Program-made: the position numbers and the translations under genes
The notes under the pieces: model-generated
The model's input: only the letters and a program-made list of their open reading frames with translations
Database searches by the model: none
Told to the model about the DNA's origin: nothing
Shown: positions 21,222-31,758 of the stretch, piece by piece
How positions within the stretch are numbered: position 1 is the first letter of the stretch
How the letters are laid out: every line of letters begins with the position of its first letter
Assembly: GCA_964291395.2 (NCBI GenBank)
Contig: OZ219856.1
Location: 1 to 64,000, forward strand
DNA from: Alphaproteobacteria bacterium
GTDB lineage: Bacteria; Pseudomonadota; Alphaproteobacteria; UBA2966
DNA: 64,000 nt
Direction of reading: 5' to 3'

Positions 21222-21695
21222 GTGACGTCAGGGGCGGATACGGCAAATTCGGGGAGGCCCGAGGGGTTTACCCGGCTTCATTTGCCGGGTCCTTTCGTGG
21301 ACATCAACGGTCCGCTTCTGGCGAGATTCAGTGAAGACAAGCTTCGAATCGGAATCCGTCTGGAGGACCGTCACTGCAACGCCGCCGGAATCTGCCACGG
21401 GGGCATGCTGGCGACCCTCGCCGACCTGCAGATTGCGGTCGCGATGGTGGTGCAATCCGACATCCGGGCATTCCTGCCCACCGTCAATCTTTCCGTGGAC
21501 TTCGTCGCGCCCGGCCGCGTCGGGGATTGGGTGGAAGGAGAGACCGAAGTCATCCGCATCACACGCAATCTCGCCTTCGGGTCTTGCATCCTGAGTACGG
21601 GAGATACCGCCCTGGCGAGGGCAAGCGCCGTCTGCAAGATCCCGGGCCGGGAAGACCTACGCTTCACGCTCGAGCGGTTGCTCCCCGACGCTTGA
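21222..21695 (+). CDS. PaaI-family hotdog thioesterase
   Basis: HCNAAGICHGGMLATLAD, TVNLSVDFVAP. Confidence 0.85.
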   Translation: MTSGADTANSGRPEGFTRLHLPGPFVDINGPLLARFSEDKLRIGIRLEDRHCNAAGICHGGMLATLADLQIAVAMVVQSDIRAFLPTVNLSVDFVAPGRVGDWVEGETEVIRITRNLAFGSCILSTGDTALARASAVCKIPGREDLRFTLERLLPDA

Positions 21696-21754
21696 GCGGG
21701 TCTTGGCCGTGTCTTTACCGAGGTTGAAGCTTCAACGGCTGGAGGAGTTGGAGA

Positions 21755-23557
21755 CTAACCGGCGTCGGTACGCAGGACCTCGATGAAGGCTTCTTGAGGA
21801 ATCTCGACCTGTCCGAACTGGCGCATGCGTTTCTTGCCGGCCTTCTGCTTTTCCAGGAGCTTGCGCTTCCGGGTGACGTCGCCGCCATAGCACTTCGACA
21901 AGACGTCCTTGCGGAGGGCCGAGATCGTCTCCCGAGCGATCACCTTGCCGCCGATGGCCGCCTGGATGGGGACCTTGAAGAGCTGGCGCGGAATGAGTTC
22001 CTTGAGCTTTTCGCACATCGTCCGGCCGCGAGATTCGACGTTGGATCGGTGCGCGATGATGGAGAGCGCGTCGACGGGCTCTCCGTTGACCAGGACGGAC
22101 ATCTTGACCAGGTCTCCTTCGAGGCGGCCGGCGATCTGATAGTCGAAACTCGCGTATCCACGGCTGACCGACTTGAGCCGGTCGTAGAAGTCGAACACGA
22201 CCTCGTTCAGGGGCAATCGGTAGACGACGACAGCGCGCGTCCCCGAATAGGTCAGATCCGTTTGTTCACCCCGCCGGTCCTCGCAAAGCTTGAGCACGCC
22301 GCCAAGGTACTCGTCCGGCACCATGATCGTGGCGCTGATCCAAGGTTCCTCGATTCGGTCGATATGAACCGGATCGGGCAGATCGGCGGGGTTGTGAAGT
22401 TCGAGCGTTCCGCCGTCGGTCAGGTGGACATTATAGACCACCGACGGTGCCGTCGTGATGAGTTCCAGGCCGAATTCACGTTCGAGCCGTTCCTGGATGA
22501 TCTCCAGGTGCAGCAAGCCCAGGAATCCGCAGCGGAAACCGAATCCCAGTGCCGCCGATGTCTCGGGCTCGAACGCGAAGCTCGCGTCGTTCAGGCGGAG
22601 CTTCGCGAGACTTTCCCGAAGGCGTTCATAGTCGGCCGTATCGACCGGAAAGAGGCCGGAAAACACGACCGGCATGCTCGGCTTGAATCCGGGCAGGGGT
22701 TGTGACGTCGGGCGCCTGATGTCGGTGATGGTATCGCCGACGTGCGTGTCGGCGACCTCCTTGATACCCGCGGTGATGAATCCGATCTCTCCAGGTCCCA
22801 GCTGGCCGCCCTCCGTACGTTTGGGCGTGAACACTCCGACCTGCTCCACCGTGTGCTCGGTACCCGTGGCCATCATCCGCACGCGCTGGCCCTTGGTGAG
22901 GGATCCGTCGTTGACCCGCACCAGGATGACGACCCCGAGATACGAATCGTACCAGGAGTCGACGAGCAGGGCTTTGAGGGGGGCGCCCGCGTCACCTTCC
23001 GGCGGCGGCGACTGCTCTACGATGGTTTCGAGTAACTCCGCGACGCCGTCACCGGTCTTGCCGGACACCAGCAGGGCATTCGAGGAGTCGAGCCCGATGA
23101 CGTCCTCGATCTGTTGGGCGACGCGTGCCGGCTCCGCCGCCGGCAGATCGGTCTTGTTCAGCGCGATGACGATCTCGTGGTCCGCGTCGAGGGCCTGATA
23201 GACGTTGGCCAGGGTCTGCGCTTCAACCCCTTGGCTGGAATCGACGAGAAGGATGGATCCTTCGCAGGCCGCGAGACTTCGGCTGACCTCGTATGTGAAA
23301 TCCACGTGGCCAGGCGTGTCCATGAGATTGAGCTGGTACCGTTGGCCGTCCTTGGCGGCGTAGGTGAGACGAACCGTCTGCGCCTTGATGGTGATGCCGC
23401 GTTCGCGCTCGATGTCCATCGAATCGAGCACCTGTTCGCGCATCTCCCGATCCGTAAGTCCGCCGCAGTGCTGTATCATGCGATCCGCCAGGGTGGACTT
23501 GCCGTGATCGATATGTGCGATGATGGCAAAATTGCGGATATGCGCGGGATCGGTCAT
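21755..23557 (-). CDS. lepA: Elongation factor 4 (LepA)
   Basis: [57 protein letters not shown]; 600 aa. Confidence 0.98.
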   Translation of the reverse strand: MTDPAHIRNFAIIAHIDHGKSTLADRMIQHCGGLTDREMREQVLDSMDIERERGITIKAQTVRLTYAAKDGQRYQLNLMDTPGHVDFTYEVSRSLAACEGSILLVDSSQGVEAQTLANVYQALDADHEIVIALNKTDLPAAEPARVAQQIEDVIGLDSSNALLVSGKTGDGVAELLETIVEQSPPPEGDAGAPLKALLVDSWYDSYLGVVILVRVNDGSLTKGQRVRMMATGTEHTVEQVGVFTPKRTEGGQLGPGEIGFITAGIKEVADTHVGDTITDIRRPTSQPLPGFKPSMPVVFSGLFPVDTADYERLRESLAKLRLNDASFAFEPETSAALGFGFRCGFLGLLHLEIIQERLEREFGLELITTAPSVVYNVHLTDGGTLELHNPADLPDPVHIDRIEEPWISATIMVPDEYLGGVLKLCEDRRGEQTDLTYSGTRAVVVYRLPLNEVVFDFYDRLKSVSRGYASFDYQIAGRLEGDLVKMSVLVNGEPVDALSIIAHRSNVESRGRTMCEKLKELIPRQLFKVPIQAAIGGKVIARETISALRKDVLSKCYGGDVTRKRKLLEKQKAGKKRMRQFGQVEIPQEAFIEVLRTDAG

Positions 23558-23642
23558 TGGCGCGCTTGTATCATCGGCGACTCCGGGTGCCAAGGCGCAT
23601 GCCCGGTGCCGTGGCGGAAACGTTCGAACGGGAAGGGATGGA

Positions 23643-24176
23643 ATGACCTCTGCCGAATTGCCACGTGAAGAGATCGAAAAGTACGTGATCCGGTACAAGG
23701 ATCTGCCCAATCGGGTTTCTCCGGTCCGGCTCCTCGACATGGCGTTGCCGCAGTTTGAGCGAAAACGGTATCCGGTGACGGGACGGTCTGCGGAGCAGAG
23801 CTGGTCGGACAAGCGAGTGGGCGAGGTCGAGGCGTTCAATATCAACTTCGTCTCGTGCGAGGCGGGCCGTGGCATCGGCGCGCATGCCCATGACTCGGAT
23901 GAGGCGTTCGTCATTTTGACCGGGCGCTGGAGCGTCAACTTCGGTGAGGCGGGGGATCGGGAAATCGAGCTTGAACCCTTCGACATGATCGCGGTGCCGC
24001 CCAACATCATGCACGGCGTCACCAATGTCTCGGATTCCCAGGCTTATCTGATCGCTGTCCAAGGCGCTCACCGTGGCGCCACGATCCAGTGGTCGTCGCG
24101 GGTCGTTGAGGAGGTGCGGGCCCTGGGGCTGGACGTGGATGCCGTGGAATACCCGGGATACGCCGGGGGCGAGTAG
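23643..24176 (+). CDS. Cupin-domain protein
   Basis: HAHDSDEAF and VPPNIMHG cupin metal motifs. Confidence 0.8.
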   Translation: MTSAELPREEIEKYVIRYKDLPNRVSPVRLLDMALPQFERKRYPVTGRSAEQSWSDKRVGEVEAFNINFVSCEAGRGIGAHAHDSDEAFVILTGRWSVNFGEAGDREIELEPFDMIAVPPNIMHGVTNVSDSQAYLIAVQGAHRGATIQWSSRVVEEVRALGLDVDAVEYPGYAGGE

Positions 24177-24177
24177 C

Positions 24178-24492
24178 CTAGAGGGACTCGGTCGGAGCTC
24201 GGCGGCTGCGTTTGCGGAAGAGGAAGGTAAGCACCGGTCCGAGGACGCCGAAGATGATCCAGGCCGGCCACTGGAGGACCGTCACGATCATGGGGTCCCA
24301 GAGGAACGGATGGAGGTAGCGCTGAATCACGGCTTGGGAGAGATTGAGACTGGCCGCGTCGATCTTGAACCAGAGATAACCGATGGCCAGCCCCTGATAG
24401 GCGCCGGCCTCGAGCGAGGCGAGGATCTCGGCTCCCGCCACCATGAGCGCGATAGCGATGATGAGCCAACCCAGGATGCGTCCGATGATCAT
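24178..24492 (-). CDS. Small membrane protein, translationally coupled to the upstream epimerase
   Basis: Hydrophobic N- and C-terminal segments, SLNLSQAVIQRYLHP.LWDP motif; ATGA overlap. Confidence 0.7.
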   Translation of the reverse strand: MIIGRILGWLIIAIALMVAGAEILASLEAGAYQGLAIGYLWFKIDAASLNLSQAVIQRYLHPFLWDPMIVTVLQWPAWIIFGVLGPVLTFLFRKRSRRAPTESL

Positions 24493-25445
24493 GATGACCG
24501 GCTCAGCGGAGTCATGCCGTTGTCGAGACGGGCTTCGTCGATGGTCTCCGCGATTCGCGATTCGATATCGGGGAATTGATACTTGATGTCGCGCGCGAGG
24601 CGGCTGCCGTCCGACTTCTGCAGGTTCGGATAGAGGTCGACGCCTTCGGGGAATGAGATCTCCGCGTCCGGAAGGTGCTTGACGACCATCGCCGCGATCT
24701 CCTCCAGGCTGGCGGTCGTCCCGCCCGACACGTAGGTACCCCGTTCCAGGCCGTCCGCCAGGCACAGGCGCGCGAACATCTCGACGATATCGTCGACGTG
24801 AATGAGCGAAGACGTTTGCTTCGGAGATTGCGTCGACGTGAACTTGCCGTCGATTGCGGCACCACGGATGATCCGTGACACCTCCGCGCTTCGCCCCGTC
24901 GTTCTGCCGTATCCGAAGACGGAGGCCGGCCGCAGCGCCCGCGTGTCGAGGCCGAAGCGCTCCGTGTAACGCCGTGCGACGACCTCGTTCATCACCTTGG
25001 TGTGACCATAAATGATGTAGGGGTGGACTTCGTCGTCCTCGTTGACGGGGCGATCGCCATAGTATTCCTGGTCGTCGAACACGGCCACGGAACTGGCGTA
25101 GACGACGCGCTCGACACCCAGTCTCGCGGCAGCCTCGAAGACGTTCGTTGCGCCCATCACGTTGATCCGCATGGCGAGCCGCGGTTCGTCCTCGGTTATC
25201 GGGGACAGCAGCGCCGCGAGGTGGATGATGCGACGGATACCGTGCTCCCGGATCGCGGCAACGAGGTCATCCATGTGCGCGGTGTCGCCCTGGACGACGG
25301 CCAGACGCGACTCGTTGTCGAGGTCCGCGAACCGCTGCGCGTTCGGCGCATGGTCCAGGCAGACGACCGACCGGTCTTTCGACAACAGAACTCGCGCAAC
25401 ACGGCTGCCGATGAAGCCGGTACCGCCCGTTATCAGGACCGACAA
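24489..25445 (-). CDS. NAD-dependent epimerase/dehydratase
   Basis: ITGGTGFIG, HLAA, ASSVAV, YGHTK; TTG start with GGGAGAG RBS. Confidence 0.88.
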   Translation of the reverse strand: MSVLITGGTGFIGSRVARVLLSKDRSVVCLDHAPNAQRFADLDNESRLAVVQGDTAHMDDLVAAIREHGIRRIIHLAALLSPITEDEPRLAMRINVMGATNVFEAAARLGVERVVYASSVAVFDDQEYYGDRPVNEDDEVHPYIIYGHTKVMNEVVARRYTERFGLDTRALRPASVFGYGRTTGRSAEVSRIIRGAAIDGKFTSTQSPKQTSSLIHVDDIVEMFARLCLADGLERGTYVSGGTTASLEEIAAMVVKHLPDAEISFPEGVDLYPNLQKSDGSRLARDIKYQFPDIESRIAETIDEARLDNGMTPLSRSS

Positions 25446-25565
25446 TGAATGCTCTCCCGTTCTCCTCTGGAAACACTAGTGTAAATTCCATTTGGTTGGA
25501 ATTGGTGGTTCAACCTCGTGAATTGGGTGCTCTTCCTCGCTCCGCTGCCGGTCCTGCAACCAGCG

Positions 25566-25594
25566 TTGCAAAATGGCGGGAGCGGTCATAACGT
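25566..25594 (+). promoter_or_regulatory. Putative sigma70 promoter of tRNA-Ser
   Basis: TTGCAA-17nt-TAACGT, ending 15 nt upstream of the tRNA. Confidence 0.5.
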
Positions 25595-25609
25595 GCCGCA
25601 CACTCTCGA

Positions 25610-25697
25610 GGAGGGGTGGCCGAGTGGTCGAAGGCGCGCGCTTGGAGAGCGCGTGTACGCTTGCGTACCGTGGGTTCGAATCCCACCCCCTCCGCCA
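25610..25697 (+). tRNA. tRNA-Ser (GGA)
   Basis: Acceptor GGAGGGG/CCCCTCC, G discriminator + CCA, anticodon stem CGCGC/GCGCG with loop TT-GGA-GA, long variable arm, GGTTCGAATCC. Confidence 0.95.
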
Positions 25698-25710
25698 CCC
25701 ACCGATCTGG

Positions 25711-25810
25711 TGACCTGTCCCCGTCGACTGGTCCAAGTCGAATGTTGGTGCATTGCCGGTTTCTCGACCAAGCTGGGTGGCCGGCGTAGCGGAGCCGGAA
25801 CATACCTGCA
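25711..25810 (-). mobile_element. IS3-family right-end remnant (terminal IR + OrfB C-terminal tail)
   Basis: Begins TGACCTGTCCCC...TGGTCCA...GAATGTTGGT; minus strand reads APLRRPPSLVEKPAMH, resembling IS3 OrfB tails; 29/40 identical to the reverse complement of 35353-35392. Confidence 0.65.
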
Positions 25811-25953
25811 TTGGGCTTCGACGGCATTTCTCTCGGTTGAACCCGCCCGGTCATGCCCGGCCAAAACTTTCATGATCATCGCCGCGGACACGATCCTGAT
25901 CGGCCGCTTGGCGGTGCGCTGGCAGGCGCTCGACCGGCTCGGGCCGTGGTCGC

Positions 25954-26697
25954 TCAGTCGTTGTCCGTGAGTCCGGCCCCCGCACCCGCATCGCGCGACT
26001 GATCGGTGGTGGGCACGAGGCACTTGTCGAAGAACGCCAGCACTGTCGCTTTGGCCGCGTCGTCCACGTCCACGCCGTGGCGAACAGCCCTGGACCTGCC
26101 GTCCGCGAGATTCCTGGTCGCAACGCGCTCGGGCGCTATCTCCGAAGCGGCGCCGTTCAGGACGATGTCGATCGGGGAAGGCCCGGGCGAAGCGATGTCT
26201 CCAGCACATGGATCGGCGATGGTCGCGATGCCGCCGCTCAGTTCGACCGCCGCGCGCCCGCCGTTCCGCAAAGGCCAGGAGAGATCGATCCGGGCTTCGT
26301 CGATGCTCGCTGCGGCGACCGCACCCAGGACCAGCAGCGGCTGGTCGGTGTCGTCGAGCCGCAGGCGCCGCTCCATGCCACATCCCGATTCGATCGATAG
26401 CCGGTCGGCAATCACCGGTCCGGCGTAGAGCGCGGACAGGACGAGACCGTCGCCGCTTCCGACATGAATGGCATCCCCCGCGGTGCGCAGCATGAGCGAC
26501 GTGCCGCTCTGGCCGCGGCCAAGTCCATGCAGAGCCGGCAGGGCGGCTCGGGCCGGATCGAGGCCCAGATAGGCCAGATACCTGGACGCCTCGGCAAAGT
26601 CTTCGCCGATCCCGAACGGCGCACCCGCCCCCACTGCCGCGTGCGTGAAATAGAAGTCGATTTCGTTCAGCGAAAGGGGCGTCGTCGGATCGCTCAT
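25954..26697 (-). CDS. DUF3726-like protein
   Basis: SLNEI...AAVGAG..G.GE N-terminus and SR.AGAGAGLTDND C-terminus; ATGA-coupled to the upstream gene. Confidence 0.7.
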   Translation of the reverse strand: MSDPTTPLSLNEIDFYFTHAAVGAGAPFGIGEDFAEASRYLAYLGLDPARAALPALHGLGRGQSGTSLMLRTAGDAIHVGSGDGLVLSALYAGPVIADRLSIESGCGMERRLRLDDTDQPLLVLGAVAAASIDEARIDLSWPLRNGGRAAVELSGGIATIADPCAGDIASPGPSPIDIVLNGAASEIAPERVATRNLADGRSRAVRHGVDVDDAAKATVLAFFDKCLVPTTDQSRDAGAGAGLTDND

Positions 26698-28406
26698 GGC
26701 GTCGCCCCGGACGACAGCCGCCCGGGTCTGGTCGGAAACACCCACTCCGTCTCCCGCCGGTCGACGATTTCATGCGGCAGCGGTGCGCCCTGATACATGT
26801 TGACCCGAGTCCACAGGTCGGACTTCGGATCGAATTTGGAGACGCCGAAGAAGGCGAGCTTGAAGCGCAGAATATCGACCGGACGCTGGCCGGCGCCAAG
26901 CAGATTGTCGCGGATCTCGCCATAGGGACAATTCGGGGCCATCTGCACCCGCCACACGATGCTGCGGTACTCCGGTGCCTCTACCAGAAAATCGGCAACC
27001 TTGAGCGAAGCGTCGCACTTCAGAAGTCGGTGCTTGAGCCCGCTCACTTCCCGGGCGATCGCGATGGGCATCTCGAGATCGGCGCCGGGTTCGCTGTGAC
27101 GATCCCCGACCCGGGGCTCGAGCTTCTCCTGGGAGTAGTACCAGAACCGCTGAACGGCCTCGGGCCGCGAATAGTCGGTGGTCAACGCCCAGCCATAGTG
27201 CGTATCGATGATGCGGCGAAGTTCTCCCAGCGACATGTCGGGCCTCAGCCTGAGCGGCTCCGGGGCGCTCATCTCGTCGCCGAGCGCGTCCACGACCGGG
27301 CCGTGCTGCTCGAGCAGCAGCGACGCGGTGAACTCCTGGCCCTCGGCGGAGAAAGCCTGCTCGGCGTAGAGATGCATCGCATCCCACGGACAGGGGCGGT
27401 GAAGCCCGGCCTGGCACCAGCTCTCCAATGCGCCGAGCTCGAGACGCAACCTGTGAACGCGCTTCATCTGTGCTTCGTCATCGACGTTCCACTCACCCAC
27501 GAAGCGGCGAGCGCGGCCCAGGAGGGCCATGAAGCCGGCAATCTGCCTGGCGGTCGCGGACGGAAGGACCCGCACGCGCGCCAGCGCCGTCTCCCGTGCC
27601 AAGACCCAATTGTTGATGAGGATGGGGTGCTTGACGAGGAAGGGAGCCATTCCCAACCCGGTGGCGTTGCCGATGCCCAGATAGCGCGCATAGTTCGCGT
27701 CCAGATCGACGGCCCGCGCGCCGCCCCGGCCGCGCGCAACGTGGTTGGCCAGATCGATGCTCAGCCAGCGGATCAGGTAGACGGTGAGCATCTCGGCCTG
27801 AAAGGGCCCGCGCATCTCCGGCCGGTCCGCGATCTTCGCGCGGTCGGCACAGCCGAACTTGCCGCTTCCGTAAACGGCCGTGGTGCGCATCAGGTAGCCG
27901 ACCTCGGCCAGGCGGGCCGCGTCGGGCTGTCGGCCGGCGGCGAGGCTTTCGACGACGTGCTCGAACAGGCGCATGCTCTTGTTGGCCCGCGCCAGCGTGA
28001 GCTCGCTCGATCTGAAGCGGCCTGACTCCTGTCTCGGCGTATTGGCGCGCAGCCGTTCGATATCCGCATCGTCCGGCACGCCGTCGAAGAACGAGAACGT
28101 GGCGTCCCAGGCCTCCGCGATCACGCGGTCGGTGCGCTGCTCTGGTGCGATTTCGTGCGTGTAGGCGATGAGCGAGTACGTGCGCTGCGGGCCGTGAGCG
28201 GCGTAGACCGCGACGCCGTGTCCCGCGGCATCGAGGTCGAAGCGCAGCCGCTCGAGCCGCCATCGCTCGCTCCGCATGCGGCGGATCAGCTGCCGCATGA
28301 AGCTCAGACGCGTCTGGAACGACGCGCCCATGCGTTCGAGCCGCATGACGTGTTCGGGGGCACGCAGCGGAGCGATCGCCCGGTGCTCGTCCGGGCATCC
28401 CATCAC
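26694..28406 (-). CDS. Protein of unknown function (570 aa), middle gene of the dipeptidase operon
   Basis: Long ORF with 4-nt overlaps on both sides; motif-like blocks RTDRVIAEAWD, RANKS.RLF, GYLMRTTAVYGSGKFG, GIGNATGLGMAPFL, KFDPKSDLW. Confidence 0.8.
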   Translation of the reverse strand: MMGCPDEHRAIAPLRAPEHVMRLERMGASFQTRLSFMRQLIRRMRSERWRLERLRFDLDAAGHGVAVYAAHGPQRTYSLIAYTHEIAPEQRTDRVIAEAWDATFSFFDGVPDDADIERLRANTPRQESGRFRSSELTLARANKSMRLFEHVVESLAAGRQPDAARLAEVGYLMRTTAVYGSGKFGCADRAKIADRPEMRGPFQAEMLTVYLIRWLSIDLANHVARGRGGARAVDLDANYARYLGIGNATGLGMAPFLVKHPILINNWVLARETALARVRVLPSATARQIAGFMALLGRARRFVGEWNVDDEAQMKRVHRLRLELGALESWCQAGLHRPCPWDAMHLYAEQAFSAEGQEFTASLLLEQHGPVVDALGDEMSAPEPLRLRPDMSLGELRRIIDTHYGWALTTDYSRPEAVQRFWYYSQEKLEPRVGDRHSEPGADLEMPIAIAREVSGLKHRLLKCDASLKVADFLVEAPEYRSIVWRVQMAPNCPYGEIRDNLLGAGQRPVDILRFKLAFFGVSKFDPKSDLWTRVNMYQGAPLPHEIVDRRETEWVFPTRPGRLSSGATP

Positions 28407-29392
28407 GATTCCCGGGCGTCGAAGGAGTCGACGAAGAATCGCAGCCAGTTGCCGTGAGCGATCTTCTCCAGCTCCTCGCGGGAAAAGCCGATCTGCTCAA
28501 GTCCGCCGAGAATGGATCCGAAGTGCCGGTTGTCCGTGAACCAGCCCGGTTGCTCCGGGAATCCCTCCGAGCCGGGCGCGCCCTCGCCATGATCGATGTC
28601 GCGCGTCCAGCTACCGTTGCGCATCCAGGCGACCACGCTGTCCGGCTGGTCCTGACAAAGATCGCTGCCGAAGCCTACGTGGTCGATCCCCATGAGCTCG
28701 ACCGTCTCGGCGATCATCCCGCAGAAGCTCGACAGGGAGCAGGCCGAGCCGTTCTTCAGGTGATGCGGATAGAGCGACACGCCGAGCATCCCGCCGCTCT
28801 CGGCCAGCGCCTTCAGCACCGTGTCGGACTTGTTGCGCGGCGCGGGGTGCCACTTCGCCGGATTGGCGTGCGTGATCGCGATCGACCGCTGCGAGAGTTC
28901 GATGGCCTGCAGGGTCGATTTCTCGCCCGAATGGCTCATGTCGACCGCCATGCCGACCCGGTTCATTTCCCGAATGACCTGCCGGCCCATCCGCGTGATG
29001 CCCGTGTCTTCCGCCTCGTAGCATCCGCTGGCTAGCAGGCTCTGGTTGTTATAGGAGAGCTGCATGAAACGGATGCCAAGCTGCCTGCACATATGCACGA
29101 GGTCGATGTCGTTCTCGATGGGAGAGCAGTTCTGGCAGCCGAACACGATTGCCGTGCGCTTCTCCTTCATCGCCTTCTCGACATCAACCGCCGAGTGAAG
29201 CGGAAATATCAAGTCGCGAAATTGTTCGAAACGCCGGTTCCAGGCGGCAATATTTGTTACGGTTTCGCGGAAATTCTCGTGATAACAGATCGTCACATGG
29301 ACGGCGGCGACATCGCCGTCGCGCATCTGCCGAAATATCGTTTCCGACCAGTTGGCGTACTGAAGACCGTCAATAACGGCGATTTTCTGCAT
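28403..29392 (-). CDS. Membrane-dipeptidase (M19)-family amidohydrolase
   Basis: IDGLQY.NWS, MQLSYN, EMNRVGM.VDMSH, ITHANP, RNKSD, GFGSD. Confidence 0.88.
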   Translation of the reverse strand: MQKIAVIDGLQYANWSETIFRQMRDGDVAAVHVTICYHENFRETVTNIAAWNRRFEQFRDLIFPLHSAVDVEKAMKEKRTAIVFGCQNCSPIENDIDLVHMCRQLGIRFMQLSYNNQSLLASGCYEAEDTGITRMGRQVIREMNRVGMAVDMSHSGEKSTLQAIELSQRSIAITHANPAKWHPAPRNKSDTVLKALAESGGMLGVSLYPHHLKNGSACSLSSFCGMIAETVELMGIDHVGFGSDLCQDQPDSVVAWMRNGSWTRDIDHGEGAPGSEGFPEQPGWFTDNRHFGSILGGLEQIGFSREELEKIAHGNWLRFFVDSFDARES

Positions 29393-29654
29393 GATCTATG
29401 TCGGTCTTCCTGAAGAGAGACCCCGCATGCTGCCTGGGCCGCGATCGTCGTCGGCGTCGATTAGACGCCGATCAGCACGCTAACCCGTTGACTTTACTCG
29501 ATCGTGGGGGATCAACGGTCCACGCCGAGCAACAGTCTGCAGGCGCAACGCTCCGATCCGTCTCGTCTGACGTTCCCCTACACCGTCGAGACGACCCAAG
29601 CAGCCGTTGGCAGACGAGAGGCCCGAAATTGCAACCCTCGGACGATCGCTTTGC

Positions 29655-30716
29655 TCAACTTCCCGGCAGGTGATGCAATGCCGGAGAGAACATATCCTTC
29701 CAGGAATCAGCCTTGCGCTTCACCATTCCGATGTGACGCATGAACGTGTGGTACTTCATTATGTTCTCGGGTGTCATCGTGAAGACATTCTTGGGATCTC
29801 GCAGGATCGCTTCGACGAAGTCGAGCTTCAGCTTCGAGTTCGCTGAATCGATATAGGCCTGAGCCGCGCCCTGCGGGTCCTTGTTGATGTATTCCGTAGC
29901 CTCCGCAATTGCATCGAGGAGCACTTGGGCGACCTTTGGATTGTCGTCCACAAATTTTTGGGCCACCCAGATCATCCCATAAGTGTGTGAACCCCCGAAC
30001 ACTTCGTAGGAGTCAAGAGCCCGATGCATGCCGGCGGCGGTTTCATGCTGATAGAATGGTGCAGCCGTGAAGTGCCCTGTGACTTCCCCCTTGCCAGACA
30101 ACAGGGACGACATTGCCTCGTTGTGTGGCACGATGACCGTGAAGTGGTCGAGCTTCTGGTAATTGTCATCTCCGTACTCTTTAGCCGCGAACATTCTCAA
30201 GACGACGGATTGCAATGCGGATCGCCCTACTACCGCAATGCGATCTGAGTCGTTGAGGTCCCGCACTGAGTTGATGTCCTTGCGGCGTGTCATCAACACT
30301 GCCGGCATGGATGTCATGGCAGACAAGCCAACATAGCGCCCGCCTGTCTTGTCCCAAATGACACTGAACGCTGTCGGTGAACCGCTTGCCACGTCGAGAT
30401 TGCCGGATATCAGGGCTTCGTTCATCGCTGTGCCACTGCTGAACCGGCGCCATTCCACCTCGAGTTCGATTCCTGCCTTCTCGGCGTGCTTCTGTATGAG
30501 CTGGAGATGGTCCATCAGGCCCATTTGCAGAAAAGCGATGCCAAACGGCCGAGCCAGCCTGATTTTATCGACCTCAGCCCGGGCATCCTGCATGGGCGAT
30601 AAAACAATCGTCAGGATTACCGCCACAGCGAGTGCGGTGCTACGAAACCAAATCGCCGCCAGGTTATTTCCACGAGGTTCGGAAATTCTGTATGAAAGTC
30701 GGTCCGCATGCATCAT
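29655..30716 (-). CDS. NitT/TauT-family ABC transporter substrate-binding protein
   Basis: Signal peptide, FSSGTAMNEALISG.LD, HFTAAPF, SWKDMF; AGGAGA RBS. Confidence 0.85.
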   Translation of the reverse strand: MMHADRLSYRISEPRGNNLAAIWFRSTALAVAVILTIVLSPMQDARAEVDKIRLARPFGIAFLQMGLMDHLQLIQKHAEKAGIELEVEWRRFSSGTAMNEALISGNLDVASGSPTAFSVIWDKTGGRYVGLSAMTSMPAVLMTRRKDINSVRDLNDSDRIAVVGRSALQSVVLRMFAAKEYGDDNYQKLDHFTVIVPHNEAMSSLLSGKGEVTGHFTAAPFYQHETAAGMHRALDSYEVFGGSHTYGMIWVAQKFVDDNPKVAQVLLDAIAEATEYINKDPQGAAQAYIDSANSKLKLDFVEAILRDPKNVFTMTPENIMKYHTFMRHIGMVKRKADSWKDMFSPALHHLPGS

Positions 30717-30899
30717 CGCGTCTCTCCTTGTGAAATCGTCCATTGGACGAAGCACAGCTGAGGGCCTCACACTGGCATTCGACTAATCCGACCGAATCTC
30801 CTTTGATTATGATGTCTTACAAGCTACGCGGCAAATTTCCCTTCATACGGGGCCGGGCCAATCCCACTATATCGATGCCCGGCACCAGGGGACCTCGGC

Positions 30900-31510
30900 A
30901 GCGCCGACCCCAGACAGCAGCTTCGAAAAGTGGAGAGGTGCGCTCGGCGACGAGATGATGGTGGTTGCCTTCATCGACCGCCCACTCCAGTCCTGTCACT
31001 TCGTGAACATCGGCGGAGCGGCCAAGGTGCCGGACGCTCTGTGGCCCGAGCTCAAGGCCCACGTCACTGCTGACTACAAAGCGCCCTCACGTGTCATCGC
31101 CCACGATCTCGCCGCGGGTGTCGTTTCCGACAATGAGGCCCAGCTGCCGAGCGCAACCGCCAAATTTACGGGCGACTTCGGGGGTTGCACCGCACACCTG
31201 GGCATGCCGGTCACCCGTCGCCGTACGATCGCGACCACGGAACCTTCTTGAACATCCGCTCGTCGAGGAGAGCGGCGGCTCGGACTATCCCCAACGTCTT
31301 CGACGAGAAAACTTTGCTCAAACTCTTGTTCGGCACCATGGTCCGCGCCACCGAGCACTGGCTGGCCATCACGGTAGGGGAGCTGGAGTGTTGTCAACCA
31401 CGCGCCTTCAGAAAGGGCTTGACCACGAATACGAGACCCGGGGCGGCCTCGTTGTGACCACCTCAGCGCCTACATACCAAGCTAACATCCAGTACGTCCC
31501 GGACTTGACA
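30900..31510 (+). mobile_element. Degraded IS256-family transposase with probable right end
   Basis: Broken frames read KVP..LWPELKA...APSR.IA.DLAAGVV, RRTIATT(NLL), IPNVFDEK..LKL.FG.MVRA.E.W; ends ...CCAG...GGACTTGAC; boundaries approximate. Confidence 0.7.
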
Positions 31511-31758
31511 GGTTGCCCGCGGGGTCACCGGGTCTGACAACCCTACTTCGCGCTTTGAAGAGATATGAAGCCGCATCCGAAGTATCCAATTTTCGATTGC
31601 CATGACACCGCTCCGCATGATCTGCTTCAACGGGAGAAAGTGAGGAGACCGCCTCCCATCGCTCAATCAAAACTCGATTTGTGCTAGGAGGCACGGCGAC
31701 CAACACTGGCTTGGGCCTACTTGGCCGTTTTTTTTGGGAATCTCGAGAGGCCATCATC

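Noticed and set aside
23558-24025. N-terminal extension of LepA in the ORF track (similarly pheT, ilvA, soxF, rpmI)
   Set aside because: Conserved N-termini begin at downstream starts; the LepA extension overlaps the cupin gene
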